Shown here piece after piece: positions 1-9,600 of a DNA stretch of 64,000 bases (position 1 is its first letter; each line of letters starts with the position of its first letter). The notes below the pieces were generated by a model, which did not search any database, was not told the origin of the DNA, and was given only the letters and a program-made list of their open reading frames with translations. Origin of the DNA: Spirochaetales bacterium (GTDB lineage: Bacteria; Spirochaetota; Spirochaetia; SZUA-6; RPPD01). The position numbers were made by a program, and so were the translations under genes. Where the stretch lies: contig JAFGJO010000014.1 in the NCBI GenBank assembly GCA_016929065.1, positions 101 through 64,100 on the forward strand. Direction: 5' to 3'.

Positions 1-952
1 CAAAGACAATGGAAGTATGCTCATCCTGTGCAACTGTATATGCTCCCTGCTGTTTCATCTCAAGCATCCCGGCCGCGCCGTCCCTTCCCATACCGGTGAG
101 CAGTACCCCCACCGCGTTTTTGCCGATGTTTTTTGCCACAGACTGAAACAAGACATCAACCGAAGGCCGCTGGTTAAATACCTTCGGTGCTTTCACGATT
201 TTTATAATTTTTTCCGTACCGACAGCCTTGACCATCATATGAAAATTTCCGGGTGCAAGGTAGATGGTGCCGGGAAGAATATGTTCATTATGTTCGGCTT
301 CTTTCACGTCGACTTCGCAGAGAGAATTCAGGCGCTCGGCGAATGTGCAGGTAAACTTTTCCGGCATGTGGATCACCGCCAGGGTCGGAGGAAAGCTCTT
401 TGTAAACGATTTGAACAGTATTTCCAGCGCGCTGGTGCCCCCGGTGGACGCACCAACGGCAATAATTTTGTCGGTCGTCTCTATATGGGTTAAAAACCTG
501 GTGTAGTGCTTCGGCTTGCGCTGCAGCTGTTTCGCGGCTTCCTTCACTTTCTCAAAATCGACCTGTGACGCAGCGATGATTTTTTCAGCTACGATATCGA
601 TGATTTCCCCCACACTGTATGGCCCACCAGGTTTGGGGACAATGTCGACAGCCCCCAATTCAAGCGCCTCCAGCGATGCACGGTTTTTCCGGTCCGTGAG
701 TGAACTCACCACAACAACGGGAATGGGCCAGGATTTCATCAGGTATTTCAGGAATGTAAGCCCATCCATGCGCGGCATTTCAATATCAAGGGTAATGACG
801 TCGACTGTGTTGCGGGCGATTTTCTCCCGCGCGATATACGGATCAATCGCGGACCCGACAATATTGATTTCAGGATATTCGGTCAGCCGCGTTGTGAGTA
901 TTTCGCGAACTACCGCGGAATCATCAATTACCAGCACATTTATTTTTTTCAT
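1..952 (-). CDS. cheB: Chemotaxis response regulator protein-glutamate methylesterase CheB (REC + methylesterase); 3' end runs off window start
   Basis: Manual minus-strand translation from ATG at 950-952: MKKINVLVIDDSAVVREIL...DGLTFLK (receiver) then ...IIAVGASTGGTSALE...GMGRDGAAGMLEMKQQG (CheB methylesterase motifs). Not in ORF track as one piece because it is cut by the window edge. Confidence 0.85.
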   Translation of the reverse strand, partial: MKKINVLVIDDSAVVREILTTRLTEYPEINIVGSAIDPYIAREKIARNTVDVITLDIEMPRMDGLTFLKYLMKSWPIPVVVVSSLTDRKNRASLEALELGAVDIVPKPGGPYSVGEIIDIVAEKIIAASQVDFEKVKEAAKQLQRKPKHYTRFLTHIETTDKIIAVGASTGGTSALEILFKSFTKSFPPTLAVIHMPEKFTCTFAERLNSLCEVDVKEAEHNEHILPGTIYLAPGNFHMMVKAVGTEKIIKIVKAPKVFNQRPSVDVLFQSVAKNIGKNAVGVLLTGMGRDGAAGMLEMKQQGAYTVAQDEHTSIVF

Positions 953-956
953 GCGG

Positions 957-1478
957 TCAGGCCTCAAACTCTTTCAACAATTCTGGTTCATCGGAAACAT
1001 CATCAACAAAGTGACAGGTCATTTTTCCCCTGTCGGTGTAATAGAAAACTTTTCTTCCACGGTGTCCCCCTGTTTTCGAAAGGATTACCGGTATTTTATA
1101 TTTTTCAAGCTGAAAAAAGGCAACCTTAATATTCAGATCAGCGACAAGCTGTGACTGATGATTTTCTGAAATCGATGCCCCGCCGACAAGCGTCGCCTGC
1201 AAGTTTTTCCGTGCAGCACCAAATTCTTCCATGGACTGAACCAGGCTTTTTATACTCACCGTTCCGAACTTGGTTGTGTTTGCGTCTCCGGGAAGAGGTT
1301 CCGGCAACTGGAAGTGGTTCATCCCTCCGAATCCGTGTTTTGAATCAAAAAGGCATACACTCACACACGAGCCAAGAATAGTGGTAATTATCGTCGGAGT
1401 CTGGGAGACATACACATATCCGGGCTTTAAATAGTATTCACTGCGGGCAATTTCCATATTTTTTATTTTTTTTTGCAA
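957..1478 (-). CDS. cheD: Chemoreceptor glutamine deamidase CheD
   Basis: ILGSCVSVCLFD...GMNHFQLP motif typical of CheD; sits between cheR and cheB. First ATG is 7 codons inside the TTG-initiated ORF. Confidence 0.8.
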   Translation of the reverse strand: MQKKIKNMEIARSEYYLKPGYVYVSQTPTIITTILGSCVSVCLFDSKHGFGGMNHFQLPEPLPGDANTTKFGTVSIKSLVQSMEEFGAARKNLQATLVGGASISENHQSQLVADLNIKVAFFQLEKYKIPVILSKTGGHRGRKVFYYTDRGKMTCHFVDDVSDEPELLKEFEA

Positions 1479-1579
1479 AAATCTCCTTTAACAATATGCA
1501 TACTCCCTTAACACGTCCACGTTATACCCCGGAGTTTTTCTGTGTCATACCCCGGCTCGATCGGGGTATCTCCCCTCAT

Positions 1580-2392
1580 CTATAATTTTTTATTGTATAC
1601 CGAGGAAAATACCGATTCAAGCTTGTCGGTAATATGGATAAGACTTTCAGAATGGCCGACAAACAAATATCCCAGATCGCGGAGATTTGCCGTCAGCACA
1701 TCCAATACCCGCCGCTGTGTCTCCAGATTAAAGTAGATGAGCACATTTCTGCAGAAAATATAATGAAATTTCGCCTCAAACCGGAGGTTATCGATAAGAT
1801 TGATTTTTTTTACAATAAAATATTTTCGCAGATATTCTTTTACCCGAAAATACTCGCCCGGGCGCCCTTCATCTACACGGTCAAAATATTTGCGCAGGAT
1901 ATCCTCACTCAGTTCCTTCATTCTGTCCCGTGAATACACCCCCCGCTTGCAATGGCGCAGCACCTCGGTATTGATATCCGTGGCCACTATAAAAAAGTCT
2001 GAAATGCCGTGCTCCAAAAGCTCTATAATAATTGAATAAACTTCCTCGCCGGTTGATGAAGCTGCGACCCAGATTAGCGGATGCGCAATATTTCTGATCA
2101 TGATATCTTTTCTTAAAATCGCGAGGTGCTTGTTTTCCCGGAAGAAAAAAGTATGTGTGGTGGTGATATACCGGACAAGGTCCTCCATTGTCCCTTTCTT
2201 GTTGTCCTTAAGCATCTTGTACAATTCCTGAACGCTCTGATACCCGCCCCGGTTGACAAGCCTGCTGATTTTGTTTTCGAGCAGATAATTCTTGTCGGGA
2301 GAAATATAAATTCCCAGTTGCCTGTGGATGAGTTCCCGGAACAGTTCGGTATAATTTTCATCCAGTCGAATTTCCTGTTTTATCGCTTCCAT
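1580..2392 (-). CDS. cheR: Chemotaxis protein methyltransferase CheR
   Basis: CheR N-domain and SAM-MTase domain (VWAASSTGEEVYSI, FCRNVLIYF). Stop codon is TAG, which matters for the cheA amber finding. Confidence 0.85.
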   Translation of the reverse strand: MEAIKQEIRLDENYTELFRELIHRQLGIYISPDKNYLLENKISRLVNRGGYQSVQELYKMLKDNKKGTMEDLVRYITTTHTFFFRENKHLAILRKDIMIRNIAHPLIWVAASSTGEEVYSIIIELLEHGISDFFIVATDINTEVLRHCKRGVYSRDRMKELSEDILRKYFDRVDEGRPGEYFRVKEYLRKYFIVKKINLIDNLRFEAKFHYIFCRNVLIYFNLETQRRVLDVLTANLRDLGYLFVGHSESLIHITDKLESVFSSVYNKKL

Positions 2393-2422
2393 TGTCTCTC
2401 TTTCCCGGTCTGCACATGTCAG

Positions 2423-2451
2423 ATAAAAACGGGAGCGGAATATCCGCTCCC
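2423..2451 (-). terminator. Rho-independent terminator-like hairpin between mcp and cheR
   Basis: Perfect 9-bp stem GGGAGCGGA-(ATA loop)-TCCGCTCCC at 2431-2451, followed on the minus strand by GTTTTTAT, immediately after the mcp stop. Confidence 0.45.
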
Positions 2452-2470
2452 GACCGTCACTGCAAGGATA

Positions 2471-4084
2471 TCAATCCTTGTCCGCGTTTTTGAATTCCTC
2501 ATCTTCCTCAAAAGGGATAAGATGTTCCGGACTCACTTCCTTTCGCTTTGCGGTTTTCACCGTTGTTTTCGCCCGCGGCTTTACCGCTGCATAATGCGGA
2601 ATTTCCACATGCTTTACCCCATGCGTAGGTATCGCCGCGTGGCCATTGCCGTTCCGGGCCCTGCCGTTGACCAGTCTTTCAAGCTCTGTGACCATATTAT
2701 TCATGGTCTCCACCTGGGCCTGCAGTTCCTCGGCGCTGCTTGCGGTTTCCTCCGCCGAGCTGGCATTCGCCTGCACAATCTCGTCAAACTGGACAATCGC
2801 CTTGTTCACCTGGTTAATGCCGGAATCCTGCTGGGTGCTTGCGGTTTCCACTTCCTTGGACATCTCCGCCACTTTCTGGGAATTATTGAGGATTTCCTTA
2901 AAAACTTCCGCAAGCCGTCGTGCCATGCCCAGACCTTCTTCCGTGCGTTTGATGGATTCCTCGATCATGCCTGATGTCTCCTTGGCAGCTTCCGCGCTCT
3001 TGTTGGCAAGGTTCTTTACTTCGTCCGCAACCACGGCAAAACCCATGCCGGCCTCACCTGCCCGGGCCGCTTCGACCGCGGCATTCAGTGCAAGGATGTT
3101 TGTCTGAAACGCAATGTCATCAATTATTTTTATAACCTTTGAAATCCGGTCGGAGGCCTTGTTGATTTCTTCCATGGAATCGAGCATTTTTTCCATCTGG
3201 CCGAATCCATCCTGCGACGATGTCGAGGCCTTGTCGGCGAGTGTCGAGGCCTCCTTGGCATTCTGCAGATTCTGTCGGACCATGCTTGCCAGTTCTTCCA
3301 TGGAAGAGGTGGTTTCTTCGATACTTGAGGCCTGCTCGGTCGCGCCGTTGGCGATCTCCTGCGACGAACTGGACAGCTGATTGGAGGCCGAGGCAATCTG
3401 CACTGAGCCATTGGTCAGCGTATCGGATATTTTGATCAGGGGTTTTGAGATAACACTGATGCCGAGCCAGAGTGCGAGGGTTATCGAGATAAGAAAACCA
3501 ACTACCGTTAATGTAATCATGATCCCGATTGTCATATTCGCGGCCGATGTATTGTCATCAGAGGTCTTTTTTGCCAAATCGATTTTATTCGTTACAAGAT
3601 TATCAATTTTTTCCTGCTCGTCCATCGCGGCCTCAAATCCGGGGCCTTCGATAAGTTCCTGTGCTTCGGTTTTATTGCCCGCTTTCACCAGTTCAATCGC
3701 CTGGGAAAGCAGATTCCGGTATTTCTTGCGTGATTCTGCAAAAGCGGCAAACTCCCTTTTCCCTTCATCCGTGAGAATGGATTTTTCGTATTCAACAGAA
3801 TTCTCCTCAATAACCTTTGTATATTCACTAATCGCGTCTTCTGCCGCCTTGATTTCCGCAAGGTTTTCAGCAAGCAGGAGTTCACGTGCATTGATCCTGA
3901 TCCGCTGAAATTTTTCCGAAATCTGTGCCAGATTTGTGATGGGAACGGTCATGTTTGCGTACAATAATGTATCATTATCGTCAAGTATTTTCATATTGAA
4001 TGCACCGAAAATTCCCACTGCCGCACCGATCAAGGCAACCACAATAAAACCGATTAATAATTTTGTTCGTAATTTTAATGCCAT
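2471..4084 (-). CDS. mcp: Methyl-accepting chemotaxis protein (TM - periplasmic/linker - HAMP - MCP signalling domain)
   Basis: N-terminal [31 protein letters not shown] highly conserved MCP signalling core, C-terminal pentapeptide-like acidic tail. Confidence 0.85.
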   Translation of the reverse strand: MALKLRTKLLIGFIVVALIGAAVGIFGAFNMKILDDNDTLLYANMTVPITNLAQISEKFQRIRINARELLLAENLAEIKAAEDAISEYTKVIEENSVEYEKSILTDEGKREFAAFAESRKKYRNLLSQAIELVKAGNKTEAQELIEGPGFEAAMDEQEKIDNLVTNKIDLAKKTSDDNTSAANMTIGIMITLTVVGFLISITLALWLGISVISKPLIKISDTLTNGSVQIASASNQLSSSSQEIANGATEQASSIEETTSSMEELASMVRQNLQNAKEASTLADKASTSSQDGFGQMEKMLDSMEEINKASDRISKVIKIIDDIAFQTNILALNAAVEAARAGEAGMGFAVVADEVKNLANKSAEAAKETSGMIEESIKRTEEGLGMARRLAEVFKEILNNSQKVAEMSKEVETASTQQDSGINQVNKAIVQFDEIVQANASSAEETASSAEELQAQVETMNNMVTELERLVNGRARNGNGHAAIPTHGVKHVEIPHYAAVKPRAKTTVKTAKRKEVSPEHLIPFEEDEEFKNADKD

Positions 4085-4096
4085 AATTTTTTCTCC

Positions 4097-4678
4097 TCAC
4101 TCCCCTGTTTTAATATTTTTTACAGCCGCTTTTCCGGCATCTTCTGTTGCAGTACTGTCGGCCTTTTTTGTTTCAGCATGCATTTTGCTCCGGCCCACAT
4201 CCCGGATCATGACAAACTCTTCCTCGGTGAGCACCTGCGTAATATCAAGGATGATCTTGATGGTCTCGCCGGTTTCAGCAATGCCGTGGATGTACTCGCT
4301 GCGTACCTTCGAGTTGATGTAGGGCACTTCCGATATTTTCTCTTCCGGAATACTCACGACCTCCTGAATCGAATCCACCACAATTCCCATCAGCGTGATC
4401 TCTCCCTCGAACTCGATCTCGACGACGATAATGCAGGTGCGATCCGTGTAGTCCCGCTCATCCATCTCAAACTTGAGCCTGAGGTCGATGATGGGAATAA
4501 TTTTTCCCCGGAGATTGATCACCCCCCGGATAAACGGCGGGGTCTGGGGGATTGAGGTAATTTCGGTCATCCCCATAATCTCCTTGATCTTGAGGATCTC
4601 GATACCGTACTCTTCATCGTTCAGAACGAAACTCAGATACCTCGACCCTGTCAGTGTTTTTCTTTTGGTAATCTCCAT
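4097..4678 (-). CDS. cheW: Chemotaxis coupling protein CheW
   Basis: CheW-like domain (YLSFVLNDEEYGIEILKIKEI...IRGVINLRGKIIPIIDLR). Confidence 0.8.
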   Translation of the reverse strand: MEITKRKTLTGSRYLSFVLNDEEYGIEILKIKEIMGMTEITSIPQTPPFIRGVINLRGKIIPIIDLRLKFEMDERDYTDRTCIIVVEIEFEGEITLMGIVVDSIQEVVSIPEEKISEVPYINSKVRSEYIHGIAETGETIKIILDITQVLTEEEFVMIRDVGRSKMHAETKKADSTATEDAGKAAVKNIKTGE

Positions 4679-4733
4679 TTTCCCTCCTTCCGGGAAGCCT
4701 CCTGTTTCGCGCCGGGCGCGAAGCGCAGGCTCT

Positions 4734-5090
4734 TTAGATCATTTTTTTTATTACTTCAAGCAGTTTTTCCGGTTCGCACGGTTTCACCACCCACCCGTTT
4801 GCACCGGCCGCCTTGCCCTCCTGCCGCCGCTCGTCCCTGGATTCCGTCGTCAGCATGACAATCGGCGTGGAGCCGTACTTCGATAGTTTACGGATTTCCC
4901 TTGCCGCGGAAATGCCGTCCATCACCGGCATGTTCACATCCAGCAGAAAGAAATCCACTGAATCGCTGTTCGCCCTGTCCAGTGCCTGCTGGCCGTTCTC
5001 GGCCTCGATCACATCGAACTCCCCGAATAATGCTGTCTTTAAAATATTTCTGATCGCGGTCGAGTCATCGACAAGCAGTATTTTTTTCAT
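4734..5090 (-). CDS. cheY: Chemotaxis response regulator CheY (single REC domain)
   Basis: 118 aa; LLVDDS...DFFLLDVNMPVMDG...GANGWVVKP receiver motifs; inside the che operon. Confidence 0.8.
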   Translation of the reverse strand: MKKILLVDDSTAIRNILKTALFGEFDVIEAENGQQALDRANSDSVDFFLLDVNMPVMDGISAAREIRKLSKYGSTPIVMLTTESRDERRQEGKAAGANGWVVKPCEPEKLLEVIKKMI

Positions 5091-5107
5091 GGGTTCCTCC
5101 TTGCTGG

Positions 5108-6661
5108 TTAAAATAACTGGATCTCCGTACTTCCCTTGGCAATTTTCACCGAATCGTCATACCGGTAATGCGTGACGACTTTTTCGAGCACGTCAAGCTC
5201 CAGCTGACTGATCGATGATTTTTCAAATTTAAGGATTAATTCCTTGATAAAATTGTCCCGTTCTGCGAGTTCATAACCTGCCGTCAGCCTGTTCATTTCA
5301 CCGCTCTGGTCATGTAAAAAGTCACTGATAATCCGGTTAAGATTTTCCATTTCCTGAATGGCGATTTCGTGCAGCTGGAACAGCGGATTGAATTTATTGA
5401 TGTGCACGTCAATTTCCCCGGTCAGATCGCGTACCGAGGTGAAAATGCCTTTAAAATAATTTTCAAAAGACGTAAGAATCAGGTAAAAATATTCGAATTC
5501 GCCCTGCTGCTGCTTGATCGTTTGGCTGATGGAGTCGCCCTCATTGCTGAAATCCCTTTTTGTGGATTCTATCTCGGTGTGCACATCCGACATGATCCGC
5601 AGGACATCATCGATGATCGAATGCGTCATATCGGCCAGCTTGTTGATCTCGGATGCGATGACCTTGAATCCCTTGCCCGCCTCCGTTGCCCGGGATGCTT
5701 CTATCGAGGCATTAATCGAGAGAATGTTGATTTTCTCCGCAATCCCGCGGATTTCGCTGCTCCTGCTGAACATCCGGTCGACTGTTTCCGACACGTCCGC
5801 CAGCCGTTTTTCAAGATTGTGATAGTTGTCGGATATAGACTGAAACAGCCCGCCGAACTTGCTGTTCTGACGTTCATAAAAGCCGATCAGTCTGCTGAAA
5901 TTTTTATCGCTTGTAGAATTCGTCAGCTCCTGTTCCCACACGGTAATTTTGCTGATAAACTCGGTGGCCTTTTCCTTGATGGCGAGAATCTCCTCGGACA
6001 GCGGCCGGGAACTTTTGGCCAAATCCACAATAATGGCGTTAAAGAACTCGTGTATCAGTTCCGAATAAAAATCGTAGGAATTAATCACCCGTGCGACGAG
6101 ATTGTTGAGCGACTCGTTCTTCTGTTTGCATTCCAGCCGTTCAAGCAGGTCATCCGGCATTTTTTTCGATGCAATCGAAAGCATCGACGCCATATTCCGA
6201 TGATGAAGCATCATTTCCTCCGCCTGCTCCAGAATGGAGCCGTCCGCGCCGTTGCCGTTCGCAGCCTGTTCCATCACCGAATGCACTGCATGCTCCCGGT
6301 AGAAATCCGAAATCCGCTGCTCGATCTCCTGCAGGGAATGACGATTTCCGTTTGTCTCCTGCAATACATAGTTCATGACAAGAAAACTGCTGTCGAAATA
6401 ATAAAACACGGTTTCCAGCAGTGTTTTATTTGACACGACCAGTTCGCTGAATTTTTTTTCCAGCTTCCCGTTTTGGTGATGCAATGCAACATGATTTTTT
6501 ATCCCCAATACCAGAAAGGCAAGAAGCAGTACTCCCTCAGCGTACAACAAATACAAGTGCAGGGGAGCGACAGTATCACCGGCAGCCGCCAATTCAACCA
6601 CATTGATAACCGCAAGCAAAATCACGAGGAGACTGATATATATGATCATCCGATTTTTCAT
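5108..6661 (-). CDS. Atypical membrane-anchored MCP-like protein (2 TM, no periplasmic domain, no obvious HAMP, short MCP signalling core)
   Basis: N-terminal two hydrophobic helices; mid-protein INILSINASIEASRATEAGKGFKVIASEINKLA matches the MCP signalling hairpin tip. Lies between cheA and cheY where cheW/cheX usually sit. Confidence 0.6.
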   Translation of the reverse strand: MKNRMIIYISLLVILLAVINVVELAAAGDTVAPLHLYLLYAEGVLLLAFLVLGIKNHVALHHQNGKLEKKFSELVVSNKTLLETVFYYFDSSFLVMNYVLQETNGNRHSLQEIEQRISDFYREHAVHSVMEQAANGNGADGSILEQAEEMMLHHRNMASMLSIASKKMPDDLLERLECKQKNESLNNLVARVINSYDFYSELIHEFFNAIIVDLAKSSRPLSEEILAIKEKATEFISKITVWEQELTNSTSDKNFSRLIGFYERQNSKFGGLFQSISDNYHNLEKRLADVSETVDRMFSRSSEIRGIAEKINILSINASIEASRATEAGKGFKVIASEINKLADMTHSIIDDVLRIMSDVHTEIESTKRDFSNEGDSISQTIKQQQGEFEYFYLILTSFENYFKGIFTSVRDLTGEIDVHINKFNPLFQLHEIAIQEMENLNRIISDFLHDQSGEMNRLTAGYELAERDNFIKELILKFEKSSISQLELDVLEKVVTHYRYDDSVKIAKGSTEIQLF

Positions 6662-6711
6662 TGACCCCCCGCCGTCTGTTTGTACACACCGCCGTCAACC
6701 TGTTTTGAGAT

Positions 6712-8868
6712 CTAATCTATATCGAGCACAAATCCGATTTTCCCTCCCTGCAGTATGGTCCCCGAAGATATCCCCCGCAGGTCCCTGAACTTCGCGCCGA
6801 GCGACTTGATAAAAACCTCGCGCTTGGTGATGATATCGTCGAGAAGCAGCGCGTATTTTTTCTTTTCATTGTTCTCGACAATCACGGCGAGAAGACGTCC
6901 CGTCCCGTTTTCCGTGAAAGCGACATCCTGCGCAAAGTAATCCTCGACCGCGATGACGGGAATGATCTCTCCCCGCAGATCGATCACTTCGATATTGTTC
7001 TGAACCGTGAATATTTTTTCCTCCTCCATATTCAGGGATTCGATTATGTTCGATACGGGAATAATAAAGTGGGTCCCCTTGCTCTTTACAATCATTCCGT
7101 CAATAATCGCGGTGCTCAGCGGGAATATCATTTCTATCCGGGTGTACTTTCCTTTTTCCGTTTTCAGCTCGACGCGTCCGCGGGCAGAAGCGGCAACGGT
7201 TTTTACGATATCCATTCCCACTCCGCGCCCCGAAACGGAATCGACGGCATCCGCAGTGGAAAAACCCTGTTCGAAAATAACATTGTAAATCTCAAAATCG
7301 GATAACCGGGCCGCATCCGCTTCCCCAAAGAGTTTTTTCTTCAACGCCTGATGCAATATTTTGTCCCGGTCCAGACCTCGTCCGTCATCCTCTACCGAAA
7401 TTGCGATCGTATTTCCCCGCCGTTCGGCCACAATAAAGATATTTCCGACAGCCGGTTTCCCCAGTCTTATACGCTCGGATTCATTCTCGATGCCGTGCGC
7501 AATGGCATTGCGGATAATATGCATGAGCGGCTCTTCAAGCTTTTCGACCAGGTCCCGGTCGATCTCCAGATCCTCACCCTTTAAATGAGCAATCGCCGGT
7601 TTCTTCAACTTGCGGGAGACATCGCGTACCAGGCGTTTGACGACAATAAAGAGATTCTTTACTTTTTCCGTGCGCAGCTGCATCGATGCGTACTGGATTT
7701 CCCGGGTTATTTTTTTCAGCTGGGAAAGATTCTGCGTTGACTCGTCAAGCTGGGCCTCGGTGATCAAAAGCTCGCCGACCATATCGACCAGGAAGTTGAT
7801 TTGCGACGCCCTGACCTTGATGATCGATTCATTCTGTTTTTTTTCGTCACTTTCCTTCGGCGCATGCTTTGTCTGGTCCTGCAGACTCTCCTCAAGATCC
7901 TCGGGGGAAATATACTTTTCTTCCACAGCGATCTCGCCGAACTTTTTTACGTAATTAAGTTCTTTCTGTTTCCTGAGAATCGCGGAAAGATCAGCCTCCG
8001 ATATTTTCCCCTGCGCAAGGAGTATCTCTCCAAGATTGTTTTTTATGTTGCGGATTTGTTTGTTCACCTGTTCAACAAATTCGTCTATACTGATACTGCT
8101 GTACAGGGAAATATCGCCGTGACGAAGCGCTTCGATCATGTTCCTGGTATAGTCAATGCCCGAGAGCAGAAGATCGATGGTCTCAGCATCGGCAACCAGT
8201 TTTCCCTCGCGCATCAGGTCGAGAAGGTTTTCGAGGTTATGAGCAAGCTCCCCGAGCGTGGTAATCCGCAAAAAGCCGCATTCACCCTTTATGGTATGAA
8301 ATATCCGGAAGAGATTGTTGATGATTTTTTTGTTTTTGGGATCTTTTTCCAGTTCAAGAATGAGGTCCTGGGCCTAAAGCACCTTTTCCACAGCCTCCGC
8401 AAGAAACACCTTGAAGGGCTCGCTGTTGATCCGCATTTCCAGTTCCTTCACCCCCGCGGCGGGCCGTGCTTCGCCGGCTTGTTTGCTCTTGATGGTTTGC
8501 AGGCGGTGATCCGCGATTTCTGTAAATTGCGTTGTTTCTTCCAGGTATTTTTTCAGTATCCCCGACTTCGCAAGAGCTGTCAGGGCAATGTCGCCACGCT
8601 GCATGTCGCGGACGATACGGGAGAGCAGATCAATCCCTTGAGACAGAACATCATCCACCTGTCTGTATTCTCCCCCGTCAAGCAGATATTTCAATATTTC
8701 CAGAATATTCGGAAAAAGGCCGTCAAGGTCCCGATGGATCCCGAATTCCTTTTCGATCGAGGCGGCCTTGTCGATAAGATCCGACATCAGCATCAAATCG
8801 CCGTCTTCATATTCCAGAATACCGGCGGAAAAATTTGTCAAAATTGTTTCGACGTCCCGTATGGTCAC
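6712..8868 (-). pseudogene. cheA: Chemotaxis histidine kinase CheA (Hpt/P1-P2-dimerisation-HATPase-CheW-like), reading frame interrupted by a single in-frame TAG at 8374-8376
   Basis: ORFs 8374..8868 and 6712..8271 are in the same frame, separated only by TAG. Read-through translation ...FKVFLAEAVEKVL*AQDLILELEKDPKNKKIINNLFRIFHTIKGECGF... reconstitutes a canonical P1 domain with the HTIKG phospho-His. Downstream HATPase (GRGVGMDIVK) and C-terminal CheW domain are intact. Joined length ~719 codons. Confidence 0.6.
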
Positions 8869-8895
8869 ATTGTTCTCCAGCTATATACGATTCCC

Positions 8896-9138
8896 TTATT
8901 CATCCAGTCTGAAAATGTGTTCCAGTTTCAGCAGATGAACCGTTTCCCTGATATGATCATTCGTGTTTTTCAGAAGAATAGTTTTCTTGTATTTTGTCGC
9001 GTAAATCAGAAGCCGGCTGATTTCCTTGCTGGTAAAAAACTTCAGCGCGCCGCAATCCAGTTCAACCGTCTTTTCGGAGGAACAGTCGATTTTCTCAAAA
9101 TCCGCCTCACTCATCCGGCTGTTGATTTTTACTAACAA
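8896..9138 (-). CDS. Minimal STAS-domain protein (anti-sigma-factor antagonist-like, 80 aa)
   Basis: TTG start 5 nt after a strong GAGGAGG RBS; VELDCGALKFFTSKEISRLL...TILLKNTNDHIRETVHLLKL resembles the C-terminal half of SpoIIAA/RsbV; N-terminal beta strands absent. Confidence 0.5.
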   Translation of the reverse strand: MLVKINSRMSEADFEKIDCSSEKTVELDCGALKFFTSKEISRLLIYATKYKKTILLKNTNDHIRETVHLLKLEHIFRLDE

Positions 9139-9195
9139 AGCACCCTCCTCATTATTTCAATATACAATATTTGATATATTAGAGTTTTTTACTAT

Positions 9196-9600
9196 TTAGT
9201 AGATATCACAGATAATCATGTTTTTATTCTCTACTATTTTTACCCTGTTTGCAAGTTTTTTTATCAGAAAAAAACCGAGACCGCGGATACGGCTCAGGAT
9301 TGAATTTTCATCGGACCGGGGTTCTCTCACACCCCGAAAACCTCGTTCATCCTGCACAGAGAACCGGCTGCCCTCCTCCGTACATCTCACCCATACTGAA
9401 ATCCGCCTGTCCGGCTCATTCTCGTTTCCACATTCCATTGCAATCAGCACGCATTCGCAAAAACATTGGAGTGCGCGGCAAAAAACGCTCACAGAAAACC
9501 GGCCGGTGATGAAGTTTTCAAAATCTTCCAGTACCGCATCGATTCCTCCAAAATCCAGACGGTAGTCGCGCCTCAGTTCTTCAGAAAAATTGAAAAGCAA
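9196..9600 (-). CDS. Standalone HATPase_c protein (RsbW/SpoIIAB-like anti-sigma regulatory kinase family), degenerate paralog of the C-terminus of ORF 10182..12287
   Basis: ~50% aa identity to residues ~570-701 of the 701-aa protein; 3' nucleotide sequence partly conserved (…ccctgtttgcaa…). N-box reads IAMECGNEN instead of NAVEHGNKN. Confidence 0.6.
   Translation of the reverse strand: MLFNFSEELRRDYRLDFGGIDAVLEDFENFITGRFSVSVFCRALQCFCECVLIAMECGNENEPDRRISVWVRCTEEGSRFSVQDERGFRGVREPRSDENSILSRIRGLGFFLIKKLANRVKIVENKNMIICDIY

Noticed and set aside
5369-6433. Long plus-strand ORFs (5369..6433, 7801..9135, 2126..2974, 21078..22064, 516..1154) antisense to che genes and the hybrid kinase
   Set aside because: Each lies entirely within a well-supported minus-strand gene (MCP, CheA, CheR, sensor kinase, CheB) and has no RBS or domain signal; they are shadow ORFs.
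8374-8376. Amber codon reassignment or alternative genetic code explaining the in-frame TAG in cheA
   Set aside because: TAG terminates cheR (1580) and trpE (41051) at positions consistent with full-length proteins, and TGA terminates cheD. The code looks standard, so the cheA TAG is treated as a mutation, a sequencing error or a local read-through.
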